Source: Vicinamibacteria bacterium (GTDB taxonomy: Bacteria; Acidobacteriota; Vicinamibacteria; Marinacidobacterales; Marinacidobacteraceae). From it: 64,000 nt of DNA. Where the stretch lies: assembly GCA_963555995.3 (NCBI GenBank), contig OY821641.1, positions 2,528,001 through 2,592,000 on the forward strand, written 5' to 3'. The notes under the pieces are model-generated. The model saw only the letters and a list, made by a program, of their open reading frames with translations, did not search any database and was not told the origin of the DNA. Shown piece after piece: positions 1 through 8,743 of the stretch. The position numbers were made by a program, and so were the translations under genes. The first letter of the stretch is position 1, and each line of letters begins with the position of its first letter.

Positions 1-650
1 AAGGTGTCGAGGATGACCGAGAAGCTGTCGCCCCAGCCGATGTTGCGGTTGTCGCGGCGCATCTCGTTGGTCATGAACTCTTCCGGATGGTGCTCTTCCA
101 GATCGGCGGCGACATAGAGGCTGTCCGCGTCGTAGAGCACCCAGACGCGCGTCGCTTCCGAGACCGGGGCGCCCTCGTCGGGTTCCTGCTGGGTGAAGCC
201 CTCCGCCGCCGGCACCTGGTCGTAGACCGGGTCGTCGAGCACCCCGTCCACGGTGAGCGGCTCGGCGAGCCGGAAGGCGCGGATCGTGACCCGGCCCTCC
301 GCGTCGCGGCTGACCGCCTCGTCCGCCGCGGGTGCGGGAGGACCGAGGATGCGGTCCGCGATGGACGAACTGAGATCCTGCTGGCTGTCGGCGAGCCGTC
401 CGGAACCGCGGGAGGACACCGCCAGATCGTCCTGGCTGTCCTGGAGCCGCTGTTCAGGAGGCGGTGGATTCACACCGTCCTGGGCGGCCGCGCTGCCGGC
501 CGCCAGAAGCACCCCGGCCGACAGCAGGGTCGCCACGTAACGCAGCCCGCGATGCGCCCTGCGGACCGGCGGTTTACGGTGCGTGATCCCCAGCGTCCCA
601 GTCTCCGAATTCAGGATGAACGGCCAGTGTAGCGGCGATGTTCCGTCCAT
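1..650 (-). CDS. Secreted DUF5916 / CBM9-like sugar-binding domain protein, 5' part (runs off the window start; start codon uncertain, ATG 650 or GTG 536)
   Basis: Manual minus-strand translation: signal-like VATLLSAGVLLAAGSAAAQ, then LTVDGVLDDPVYDQVPAAEGFTQQEPDEGAPVSEATRVWVLYDADSLYVAA...MRRDNRNIGWGDSFSVILDT, typical of this family. Absent from the ORF track because the stop lies outside the window. Confidence 0.7.
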   Translation of the reverse strand, partial: MDGTSPLHWPFILNSETGTLGITHRKPPVRRAHRGLRYVATLLSAGVLLAAGSAAAQDGVNPPPPEQRLQDSQDDLAVSSRGSGRLADSQQDLSSSIADRILGPPAPAADEAVSRDAEGRVTIRAFRLAEPLTVDGVLDDPVYDQVPAAEGFTQQEPDEGAPVSEATRVWVLYDADSLYVAADLEEHHPEEFMTNEMRRDNRNIGWGDSFSVILDT

Positions 651-735
651 TCCCAACGTGTTCCGGCGGGGTGGCGGACCCGGCCATCCGGCGGTACCGG
701 GGTGGGGCGTGGCGCGGCCCCGCCGGTCGCGCGGC

Positions 736-1728
736 TCAGGTCTCGGACGCGGCCTGACCGCGAAGCCGGTCGAAGAAGTCCGCCTCGTCCCCGGCGGCGA
801 ATGCCGCCTCCACCGCCGCCTCAGCGGTCACCGCCGGACCGCCCGCAAAGCGCGTGGGAAACGCCGCAGAAACCGCGATGCCCCGGCGGCGCAGGATCTC
901 GCGGGCGCTCTCGGCGCGCGCCTCGGCGCGGTGCGCTCCCAGCAGGGGGTCGTCGTCGGGACCCGTCCCCTCCCGTACTCCGAGCGCCCGCCCCACCCGG
1001 CGCAGCACCGCCGATGTCTCCGCCGAGATCACCGGCTCGTTCAGCGCGCGGTGGATTTCCGGGGCGCTCCAGCCTGGAAAAGCACGGCTCACCCCCGACG
1101 GCAGGTAGCCGGTCTCCTCCAGCACGTAGATGCGCAGCTCCGGCCGCAACCCACGCGGCCGGGACGGCGCATAGGAGTCGGGAACCTCCACCCACAACTC
1201 GGGAAAACCCCACTCCTCGTAGAGCACCAGCTTGTCGCGGCGGGTGTCCCGCGTGTTGTCCACCTCCAGCACCACGTCCGGATACGCGTCCTCCCCCACG
1301 TCCACGAACAGCCGGTTCGCCGAATCCGCACCCTCGGGCCGCAGAAACACCGTCTGGTCCGGGTACATCACCCGCACCTGTCCCGAGTCCCGATCCAGCA
1401 GCCGCAACTGCGCCTCCCCGCAACAGACGATCGGCGACCCCCGCGTCATCGCGATCTCGCGCGCCAACTCCGCGAGCCTCGCTCCCGGCTTCGCATGGGA
1501 CAGGTGCTCCGGCTCCCGGAGCATCCACGCGCATTCGACCTCCGAGTCGAAGAACTCCACCTTCACGTCCTCGTCGAGGGCCTCGTATTCCCGCAGCGTC
1601 ATTCGGCAGGAATCGCACCCCACGAACTCGAGGGCGCTCACCGGCGTCCAGCGCCGCTTCCTCCCCTGCCGGCTCCCGGAGCCCTCCGGCGCCGGCGTCA
1701 CCCCTGCTCCCGAGTACATCGTCGTCAT
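736..1728 (-). CDS. Uma2-like (PD-(D/E)XK) putative endonuclease, paralogue 1
   Basis: Motifs MYPDQTVF, YPDVVLEVD, KLVLYEEWGFPELWV, SRAFPG; clearly paralogous to 3081..4109. Confidence 0.8.
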   Translation of the reverse strand: MTTMYSGAGVTPAPEGSGSRQGRKRRWTPVSALEFVGCDSCRMTLREYEALDEDVKVEFFDSEVECAWMLREPEHLSHAKPGARLAELAREIAMTRGSPIVCCGEAQLRLLDRDSGQVRVMYPDQTVFLRPEGADSANRLFVDVGEDAYPDVVLEVDNTRDTRRDKLVLYEEWGFPELWVEVPDSYAPSRPRGLRPELRIYVLEETGYLPSGVSRAFPGWSAPEIHRALNEPVISAETSAVLRRVGRALGVREGTGPDDDPLLGAHRAEARAESAREILRRRGIAVSAAFPTRFAGGPAVTAEAAVEAAFAAGDEADFFDRLRGQAASET

Positions 1729-1755
1729 TGTAGGGCGGGGCACGGACTCCGCGAA

Positions 1756-2322
1756 TCACCGCTGATTCGGCTGTCTGAACCCGTACCAAGCCGAGAACGC
1801 CAGCGTCGCCACCCGCCGGGCCACGCTCCGAACACCGGCGGGAAACCACGCCAGTTCACGGCCCGCGCCAGCGGGCGACCGTGCGGAGCGCGCGCGAACC
1901 CCGCGCAGGCGGGCAGCCCTGGCCTGCGCCCCGATCGGCTGACAGCGCGCGTGGGGCACGATTCCGCCGGCTTCGTCGAGCGGATAGGTCGCCGGAAGGC
2001 CAGCCGCGCGAAGGCCCGGAGCGGTGTGTGCGTCACAGACGACCTGGCGGGACGGCAGCGCGCAACCCACGAGGGTCGGTCCGGTGTCATCGCGCAGATC
2101 TTCCGGCTCGTACGGCCAATCGGCAATGAAGGCCAGCAGATTGAGGCGGGCCGTCGCCCTGTCTTCGTTGAGATAGAGCACCGGAAAACTGTCCGGCGGA
2201 TTCCAGCGACCACCGCGCCGTGCGGCGAAGCTGGTATCGAGGGGATTGGTCCACCCGGGATCGGCCACCCGCCACCAGACGTGGCGCTCCGGCAACGGTT
2301 CGCGGAGGAGGTCCACAGTCAA
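1756..2322 (-). CDS. RES-domain toxin (putative NAD+ phosphorylase)
   Basis: WWRVADP...GGRWNPPDSFPVLYL...E...CQPIG...GVRARSA pattern; TTG at 2322 overlaps the antitoxin stop (alternative GTG at 2316). Confidence 0.8.
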   Translation of the reverse strand: MTVDLLREPLPERHVWWRVADPGWTNPLDTSFAARRGGRWNPPDSFPVLYLNEDRATARLNLLAFIADWPYEPEDLRDDTGPTLVGCALPSRQVVCDAHTAPGLRAAGLPATYPLDEAGGIVPHARCQPIGAQARAARLRGVRARSARSPAGAGRELAWFPAGVRSVARRVATLAFSAWYGFRQPNQR

Positions 2323-2768
2323 CCCGGAACGTTCTCGAACCGGAACATGTCGCGGCACGCACGGAGGAGCGAGCGCGTGTCGCCCCGCGCCAGCAGGTCC
2401 ATCAGCGACACGCCGCCGAGCGCCGGTATCGGGCGGCGCACGACGGCGGGAATGCGGTCCCGCTTGAGATAGCGCGTCAGCAGTTCGGTGGCGGCGGCCA
2501 GATCGGCCAACGCGTCCGCGCGCGCCGGCGGCGCTCCCCGAGCCAGCCACTTCCCCACCGCCTGACGGCTGACGCCGAGCAGCCGGGCCGCTTCGGCCTG
2601 GCTGACACCCCACACCCGGAGCGTCCGCTCCAGGGATTCCCCGGCGCGTCGCCGGTCGAGAGACTGCGCGAACGCGTCGAGCCACGCACCCTCGTGCCGG
2701 TGCGCGGCGAAGACCTGCTCCGCCGCCTCTTCCGGGTTGCTCTCCAGGACCGCAGTCACTTCACCCAT
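2319..2768 (-). CDS. Xre/MbcA/ParS-type antitoxin (HTH + toxin-binding C-terminal domain)
   Basis: HTH VSQAEAARLLGVSRQAVGKW; C-terminal RRPIPALGGVSLMDLL; directly upstream of the RES gene. Confidence 0.8.
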   Translation of the reverse strand: MGEVTAVLESNPEEAAEQVFAAHRHEGAWLDAFAQSLDRRRAGESLERTLRVWGVSQAEAARLLGVSRQAVGKWLARGAPPARADALADLAAATELLTRYLKRDRIPAVVRRPIPALGGVSLMDLLARGDTRSLLRACRDMFRFENVPG

Positions 2769-2907
2769 ACCGCAACCATATGTCAACCGCTACCAAACGT
2801 CAACTCACCACGGCGTACCGTCACGGGAGCTGCCTCGGTCCGCAAGCGGCGCTCACGGCCGGAAGGATTCGCATTCGCGAAACGGAATCTGATGAACCGC
2901 CGCACCG

Positions 2908-2926
2908 CAACCTGAGAATCAGCCGA
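2908..2926 (+). repeat. 19-bp direct repeat CAACCTGAGAATCAGCCGA, copy 1
   Basis: Exact second copy at 4376..4394. Confidence 0.85.
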
Positions 2927-3080
2927 GGCCCAATCTGATGATCAGCCGAAGGGCGCCGAAGGGTGTCCTCCGTCACGTCCGTCCGTCGAGCCGCGCGTTG
3001 AAGGCCGTCGCCGACAGGGCTGCGGGCCACGACCGCCGCGGGCGGGCGCCGGACCATTCTCCCGACGCGGCGCCCGGCGG

Positions 3081-4109
3081 CTATCGCCGCAGTCGGCGAA
3101 AGAAGGCCGCTTCACTCGTCGCCGTCGAGGCCGCCGTCACGAGGGCCTCGTCGGAGGCGTCCGCCAGGAGCGCCCGCTGGCCGGGCGGGGGGAACTCCGC
3201 GGAGAGCCGGATTCCGCGGCGCTCGAGGATCCGCCGTACCAATCCCGCGCGCCCTTCCGCCCGCCCTTCGGCGAGTCCTTCGGCGAGTCCTTCCGCGTGC
3301 TTCTCGCGGCCGAACGGCCCGAGCAACGGATCGTCCTCCGGCCCGGTTCCCTCGCGCGCCCCGAGGGCTCTCCCCACCCGCACCAGCACTGCGGCGGTCG
3401 CTTCCGAGGTCACCGGCTCGTTGAGGCCCTCGTGGATCTCGGCCGCGAGCCAACCCGGGAACGCCCGGCTCTCCTCGGAAAGGACGTAGCGGTCCTCCTC
3501 CAGCAGGTAGATCCTCAACTCGGGCTTCAAGCCCCGTGGCCGGCTCGCGGAATACGTCTCCGGAACCTCCACCCACAGCTCCGGAAACCCCCATTCCTCG
3601 TACAGCTTCAGCTTGTCGCGTCTCGTGTCGCTGGTGTGGTCCACCTCCAGCACGACATCCGGATAGGTGTCCTGGCCCACCGCCACGAACGACGGGTTCA
3701 CCGGGTCCGCGCGTTCCGGATGCAGGTAGATCATCTCGTCCGGGTGCATGGCCCGCACCTGCCCGAACTCCGAATCCAGGAGCTTCACCGAAGCTTCGCC
3801 GATGCAGCGGATCGGCGAGCCCCGCGTCATGGCGATCTGACGCACGAGCGCCACCAGCATCCGCACCGGCCGTTCGTGGGGAATGGTGGGCCCGTCCCGC
3901 AGCATCCAGGCGAGCCCCGTTTCGGAGTCGAAGAACTCGATCTTCCGCGCGTCCTCCGGGTAGGCCTCGTACTCCGCGAGCGTCATCCGGCAGGATTCGC
4001 AGCCAACGAACTCAAGCGCCGAGACCGGGGTCCAGCGACGCCTGCGCCGGGGCCTCCCGGAACCCGGTTTCCTGCCCGTCGCCGGCGCGGCCGATTCGGT
4101 CCCGTACAC
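3081..4109 (-). CDS. Uma2-like putative endonuclease, paralogue 2, with Rpn-like AEGxAEG tail
   Basis: Same motifs as paralogue 1 (MHPDEMIY, YPDVVLEVD, KLKLYEEWGFPELWV); tail HAEGLAEGLAEGRAEGRAG. Confidence 0.8.
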   Translation of the reverse strand: MYGTESAAPATGRKPGSGRPRRRRRWTPVSALEFVGCESCRMTLAEYEAYPEDARKIEFFDSETGLAWMLRDGPTIPHERPVRMLVALVRQIAMTRGSPIRCIGEASVKLLDSEFGQVRAMHPDEMIYLHPERADPVNPSFVAVGQDTYPDVVLEVDHTSDTRRDKLKLYEEWGFPELWVEVPETYSASRPRGLKPELRIYLLEEDRYVLSEESRAFPGWLAAEIHEGLNEPVTSEATAAVLVRVGRALGAREGTGPEDDPLLGPFGREKHAEGLAEGLAEGRAEGRAGLVRRILERRGIRLSAEFPPPGQRALLADASDEALVTAASTATSEAAFFRRLRR

Positions 4110-4185
4110 GCCTCGATTCTAGCGGCGAGACCGGGCCGGAAGGGGGTCCGGCTTCTCCCGGAACCGCTTCTTCGTCGTCCCGCCC

Positions 4186-4374
4186 TCACGCAAGCCAGTC
4201 TTCGAGCCGGAGGCCGGGGATACGCTCGAAGTGTCGGGGGTTGCCGGTCACGAGGACGCCTTCGAGCGCCAGCGCGTGCGCGGCGATGGCAGTGTCGAAG
4301 TCCTCGAGGAGAACGCCCCGCCGCGCCAGGTCCGCCTTGATCGCTCCGAAAACGCTGCTGAGAACTGCCGCATC
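4186..4374 (-). pseudogene. vapC: VapC/PIN toxin, C-terminal half only
   Basis: Manual translation FGAIKADLARRGVLLEDFDTAIAAHALALEGVLVTGNPRHFERIPGLRLEDWLA*; no start codon, in-frame stop at 4387-4389 inside the direct repeat. Confidence 0.8.
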
Positions 4375-4375
4375 A

Positions 4376-4394
4376 CAACCTGAGAATCAGCCGA
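4376..4394 (+). repeat. 19-bp direct repeat, copy 2
   Basis: Identical to 2908..2926; coincides with the truncation point of the vapC fragment. Confidence 0.85.
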
Positions 4395-4583
4395 AAGACC
4401 GACACCCGGATCAGGACGGCGCTCGGGCCGACCGTGCCGCGAGCCAACCGCGCCCGGTGACCGGAAAAGCCGTTTCGCTTCGACTTTTCCACAAAGCGGC
4501 GCGAAATCCGCTCTTCGTGGGAATTTTTCGGCGCAATTCTCGTCTATGTCCTCGGGGGGCCTCGTCCCCCAAGGGAGATCCAG

Positions 4584-4994
4584 ATGAGCCCAGTGACGAA
4601 GACCCGCGCCAAGCCGAAACCCGCCGTGGTTGCCACGGACCGGCCCGGAACCTATTCTGTCGCCGACCTCCTCCGCGCGATGCTTGCCGACAACGTTCCC
4701 GCCGCGACTGCGAACCTCGTCGGCGTGCTCCAGAACATCCTGGATCGGGTGAGCGCGCTGGAGCGGCGGGTGGACGGACTCGAAGCCCGCATGGACAGGC
4801 TTGAGGCCCGTATGGACAGGCTTGAGGCCCGCATGGACAGGCTTGAGGCCCGCATGGACAGGCTTGAGGCTCGGGTCGCCGCCATCGAAACGGCGGTCGC
4901 GGCGTTGGCGGCGCGGTTCGACACCACCCAGCGGCTTCAGTGGGCCACTCTCGGGGCGCTGATCGTCTTCGGGGTCGCCAGCCTGGCGCGCTGA
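4584..4994 (+). CDS. Small coiled-coil protein with C-terminal membrane anchor
   Basis: RBS-like AAGGGAG upstream; heptads (MDRLEAR)x4; hydrophobic end WATLGALIVFGVASLAR. Confidence 0.75.
   Translation: MSPVTKTRAKPKPAVVATDRPGTYSVADLLRAMLADNVPAATANLVGVLQNILDRVSALERRVDGLEARMDRLEARMDRLEARMDRLEARMDRLEARVAAIETAVAALAARFDTTQRLQWATLGALIVFGVASLAR
4791..4870 (+). repeat. 21-bp coding tandem repeat ATGGACAGGCTTGAGGCCCGY, about 4 copies
   Basis: Units start at 4791, 4812, 4833 and 4854. Confidence 0.9.
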
Positions 4995-5203
4995 GGCGCA
5001 TCGCGCCGTCCGGATCCGTCGCGCCCGGTGGGAAACACCCGCCGCCCGCTGAACGGAACATTGCGGGGTGCCCGGAACCGCTCCACAACGCCTGACTACG
5101 GCCCAAACGTCCGAGGGCGAATCCCAGCAACCAGAGGGGCGTTGGAACCGAGCGCGGGGACGATGCGCGTCCGTCGGGTCCGAAGCGGAACCGCCGCCGT
5201 CCC

Positions 5204-5455
5204 TTACGGAATGCGGTCCTCCGGCACCGGAGGCTGCCCACGGTGACGCCGCAGCAGCCGGCGCGCCGCCTCGATGTCGGCCCTCGACGCCCGCTCGGTG
5301 AAGAACTCGGCGGTCTTCTGCGCGGCCAGTTTCTCGGCCACCGCCGTCGTCACGAACTGATTGATGCTGGTTCCGTCGGCTCGGCTCACTTCCGCAACTG
5401 CCGCCTTCAGCGAGGCCGGCAGGCGCAGGGGATAGGTGCTGACTTGTTTCTTCAC
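5204..5455 (-). CDS. Ribbon-helix-helix (HicB-like/CopG) antitoxin, without an intact toxin
   Basis: STYPLRLPASLKAAVAEVSRADGTSINQFVTTAVAEKL; only a possible toxin tail (LLPREALNSLR, ~5455-5500) remains upstream. Confidence 0.8.
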   Translation of the reverse strand: MKKQVSTYPLRLPASLKAAVAEVSRADGTSINQFVTTAVAEKLAAQKTAEFFTERASRADIEAARRLLRRHRGQPPVPEDRIP

Positions 5456-5573
5456 GAAGAGAGTTCAAGGCCTCACGGGGCAAGAGCCGGGTGATTCTGA
5501 TCGGTTTTGCGGACGTGATGGACTTCACGCGTTCACGCCGTCCGCGCTGAAGGCCCTCCCCGCCGATGACTGA

Positions 5574-5690
5574 CGACCGGTTCTTCTGGATGCCAATGTG
5601 CTGATCAGCGCCGCACCTTGGTCGCAGGGTGCACCTCGTAGCACGGTGGGCCCCGTCGCTCGCCGAAGTGGCGTGGTGGTCGCCGCTTGA
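5574..5690 (+). pseudogene. PIN-domain toxin, N-terminal fragment
   Basis: RPVLLDANVLISAA matches the PIN first-strand motif, then diverges and stops. Confidence 0.55.
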
Positions 5691-6229
5691 ACGTCGCGCC
5701 TTAGTGTGGTCTGTGGCGATCTCGGTGCGCGTCGTGGAGCCGTCGGTTCGCTTCCATCGTGTCGGACGCTGTTGTGCCGTGTAGCCGACCCGCGGTTACG
5801 CTGCTGATGGCCCGCCAAGTGCCGCAGTCCTCGTCGTTGCTGAACCCCACATCACCCCGCGCGATCTCCACCACCTGCCGCCCGCCACCGGACACGAAAT
5901 CGTTGGCAAGCACGTCGTCGATGACGCTCCCGCCAAACCCGCTCAGTCGTTCCCAATAGCACCCATCCCGCGCGTCCGTCTCATAGACCCCGGGCTCTAG
6001 CTGCCCACCGACCAGCCAGGTCCCCGGCGGGATCGTTCCCGCAGGGGGTGGCGACTCCGGGCTCTGGTCCCATGTTCCGCAGTCCTGGTCCGTGTTGAAC
6101 GCCAGGTCGGTTGGGTCAATATCCACGATCTCCTGGGGGGAATCGAAGCTGATGAACTCGTTGGCGATGGTGTCCGCGAGGGCCCCGCTGAGCCCCGAGA
6201 GGCGTTCCCAATAGCAAGCGTCATCCGGG

Positions 6230-7606
6230 GGCTCTTCACGGTTTCGTGTGGAAACAGGCCGCAGCCGGGCTGAGATCCAGCCCGCCCAGGGGAAGTAGAT
6301 CGCCTCCCGGAAGCGGGCGCGGTTTCGGGAGGGTGCTCGGGAGGCGTCGTTTTATGCTGGCGTGATGACGTACATCACCCAGCATTACCAATCGCTTCTC
6401 GGCTTGCGTCCCCCGTGGCAGGTGTCGGAGGTCCTGGTGCGCCACGAGACGGAGGAGGTTGAGGTGATGGTGGTGTGGACGGGAGGCCGCCTGGCGTGCC
6501 CGGAGTGCGGCGAGGCGGGTCAGCGGCACGACGGGCGGCGGCGGCGCTGGCGGCATCTGGACACGATGCAGTATCAGACCTGGTTGGTGGCGGAGATCCC
6601 GCGGGTGCGCTGCACGGTGCATGGGGTGCGACAGGTGGTTCCCCCGTGGGCGGATGCGAACTCCCGATTCACGGCCCGTTTCGAGGGGCTGGTGATCGCC
6701 TGGCTTCTGGAAGCGAGCGCCTCGGCGGTCGCGCGGCAGTTCGGTCTTTCGTGGGGTCAGGTGGCGGGTATCCAGCACCGGGCGGTGCGGCGGGGGCTGG
6801 CGCGCCGGGAGCTCCGTCCGCCCCGTCGGATCGGGGTGGATGAGACCTCCTTCCAGAAGCGGCACGAGTATGTGACGGTGGTGAACGATCTGGCAGGCAG
6901 CGTCCTGTATGTCGCTGACGGGCGGAGCCAAACGGCTCTTGACGGCTTCTTCGAGGAACTGGGGTCGGAAGGGTGTGCCGAGCTTGAGCAGGTGGCGATG
7001 GACATGGCGCAGCCGTACATCCGGTCGGTCCGGGAGAACACCGAAGCGGAGATCGTGTTCGACAAGTTCCACGTGTTTCAGCACCTGGGACAGGCGGTGG
7101 ACCGGGTGCGCCGGGAGGAGCATCGGGAGTTGCTGCGCTCCGGGGACGACCGGCTCAACAAGAGCAGGTACCTGTGGCAGATGAAGCCGGGGACGCTGAA
7201 TCGCCGGCAGCAGTTGAAATTCGCCACCCTGCGGAACAGTGAACTCCGGGTGGCGCGCGCCTGGGCGATCAAGCAGTTGGCCGCAACCCTGTGGGGATAC
7301 CGGGTCCGGGGCTGGGCCGAACGCCGGTGGAAGCAGTGGTACGGCTGGGCCATCCGCTCACGCCTGGAACCCATCAAGCGTGTCGCTCGGATGATCAAGC
7401 GACACTGGGATGGCGTGATCAACGCCGCCACCTCCACCGTCACCAATGCACGCGCCGAGGCCATCAACTCGCGCATCCAGTGGCTCAAGAAGATGGCCTG
7501 CGGTTACCGAAACCGCGCCCGCTTCCGGGAGGCGATCTACTTCCACCTGGGCGGGCTGGACCTCAGCCCGGCTGCGGCCTGTTTCCACACGAAACCGTGA
7601 AGCGCC
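6230..7606 (+). mobile_element. ISL3-family insertion sequence, 1377 bp, 8-bp target duplication CATCCGGG, ~100-bp terminal inverted repeats
   Basis: Ends GGCTCTTC / GAAGCGCC; CATCCGGG at 6222-6229 and 7607-7614; IRs 6230-6328 and 7507-7606. Confidence 0.95.
6362..7600 (+). CDS. ISL3-family transposase
   Basis: CPECG zinc finger, IGVDETSF, AMDM, FDKFHV, TNARAEAINSRIQ, GYRN motifs. Confidence 0.97.
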   Translation: MMTYITQHYQSLLGLRPPWQVSEVLVRHETEEVEVMVVWTGGRLACPECGEAGQRHDGRRRRWRHLDTMQYQTWLVAEIPRVRCTVHGVRQVVPPWADANSRFTARFEGLVIAWLLEASASAVARQFGLSWGQVAGIQHRAVRRGLARRELRPPRRIGVDETSFQKRHEYVTVVNDLAGSVLYVADGRSQTALDGFFEELGSEGCAELEQVAMDMAQPYIRSVRENTEAEIVFDKFHVFQHLGQAVDRVRREEHRELLRSGDDRLNKSRYLWQMKPGTLNRRQQLKFATLRNSELRVARAWAIKQLAATLWGYRVRGWAERRWKQWYGWAIRSRLEPIKRVARMIKRHWDGVINAATSTVTNARAEAINSRIQWLKKMACGYRNRARFREAIYFHLGGLDLSPAAACFHTKP

Positions 7607-8067
7607 CATCCGGGTTCGTGAAGTAGCGGCCGGGCTCGATGTCCGAGCCGACCAGCCAAGTGCCGGCTCCGAACGAAGTCCGCTCCGTAGTCGGTGGCAC
7701 GGGCGCCGGTGGTGGTGCGGCGGGAGGTGCCGGCGTTGGCGGGGGGGGCGAGGTCGGGGGTGCGCCATCGCCGCCGCACCCAACGAGAGCACAGATGCCA
7801 ATCGCTACGGCCACAAACCGGTTCATGCCTGGAACTCTCCTTCCCACGACCAGTTCCGTCTCGGAGGAAAACCAGCCGTCCACACTTTGTGTGAGATTGT
7901 CACTTCCCAAAGAGAATACATGGAGAAAGTCGGGATGATGCTGCCGATCAACTCCGGCCCAAGCCGCTGGCGAACGTCGTGAGGTGCCGACCGGGAGTCG
8001 GCGCTCCCTGACACGCGACCCATCCCAAACAGGCGCTACACGCCCACCGCGGCCCTGCGGGCCGCGG

Positions 8068-8300
8068 TGCCGGTCTGAAGACCGGCGCTCCCGGCCGGGG
8101 GCGTCCTTCCGTCTGAGTACCGTGCGGTCCAAGCCGTTCCGCGCCGTAGGGATGGATGAAGTTGCGACGTGCGCGGCGCGGAGCGCCGCGCGTGCCGGTC
8201 GGAGACCGGCGTTCCCAGCCGGTGCGCGCTTCTTCGCCGGTTGGGTCGGGTTGCGTTTCGCCTCCCGGACGGCGATGCCGGCCGGAGGCCGGCGCTTCGA
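8068..8300. repeat. Cluster of three REP-like palindromes (GCCGGTC-x-GACCGGC core with GGAAC/GGAGC foot)
   Basis: Copies near 8068, 8193 and 8277; the same family recurs at many intergenic sites. Confidence 0.8.
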
Positions 8301-8344
8301 GCCGTTCCTGCGGTACGGGTTCGGCCCCGGAGAAGGGGGGAAAG

Positions 8345-8378
8345 TGTGAAAGGGGGGAAACCCTTCCCCCCTTTCACA
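8345..8378. repeat. Perfect 15-bp stem hairpin TGTGAAAGGGGGGAA-ACCC-TTCCCCCCTTTCACA downstream of the tRNA
   Basis: Exact inverted repeat; possible terminator or processing structure, but only a short U run follows on the tRNA strand. Confidence 0.7.
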
Positions 8379-8542
8379 AAAATGACAGCGCAAAATCGGA
8401 ACTCGCCGAAGCGCGCCGCAGGCACGCAAGGGAGTTTCGATTTCCGGCACGAAGTGCCGGGCGGAGCCGGGAGGGGGCCTCGTTCCATGTCTCCGCAGCA
8501 CCGCTTGGAACGTCCCAGCGCCGGCCCCCTCCCGGCTCCGCA

Positions 8543-8617
8543 TGGTGCGCGGTGCGGGATTCGAACCTGCGACCCCCTGCGTGTAAGGCAGGTGCTCTGC
8601 CGCTGAGCTAACCGCGC
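8543..8617 (-). tRNA. tRNA-Val (anticodon TAC)
   Basis: GCGCGGTTAGCTCAGCGGCAGAGCA-CCTGC-CTTACAC-GCAGG-GGGTC-GCAGGTTCGAATCCCGC-ACCGCGCA-CCA cloverleaf with encoded CCA. Confidence 0.97.
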
Positions 8618-8743
8618 AATTCCGGGGGAGGGCTCGGGATTCTCGCAGCAACCGGGGGCACCGGTGAAAGATCCGGCGCGTCGCCGGGTAGTTCTCCAGT
8701 GAATGCCGGAACCACGGCGAGTCCGGTTCCGTTAGGAGAGAGC

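Larger units (their letters stand above)
5701..7826 (-). pseudogene. Lipoprotein with two internal GTWLVG..EPGxY..CYWERLSG repeats, interrupted by ISL3
   Basis: N-part 7607..7826 (MNRFVAVAIGICALVGC, Pro-rich linker, GTWLVGSDIEPGRYFTNPD) joins in frame to DACYWERLSG... below 6229 once the IS and one target copy are removed. Confidence 0.85.

Noticed and set aside
6236-7123. Antisense ORF ending in the same peptide as the transposase (LGGLDLSPAAACFHTKP)
   Set aside because: A by-product of the long terminal inverted repeat; the rest is shadow sequence.
8545-8557. 13-bp match (GTGCGCGGTGCGG) between the tRNA-Val 3' end and sites near 34710, 43578, 43666 and 43754 as possible att sites
   Set aside because: The matches lie inside REP-associated units, are short and GC-rich, omit the CCA end, and no integrase is present.
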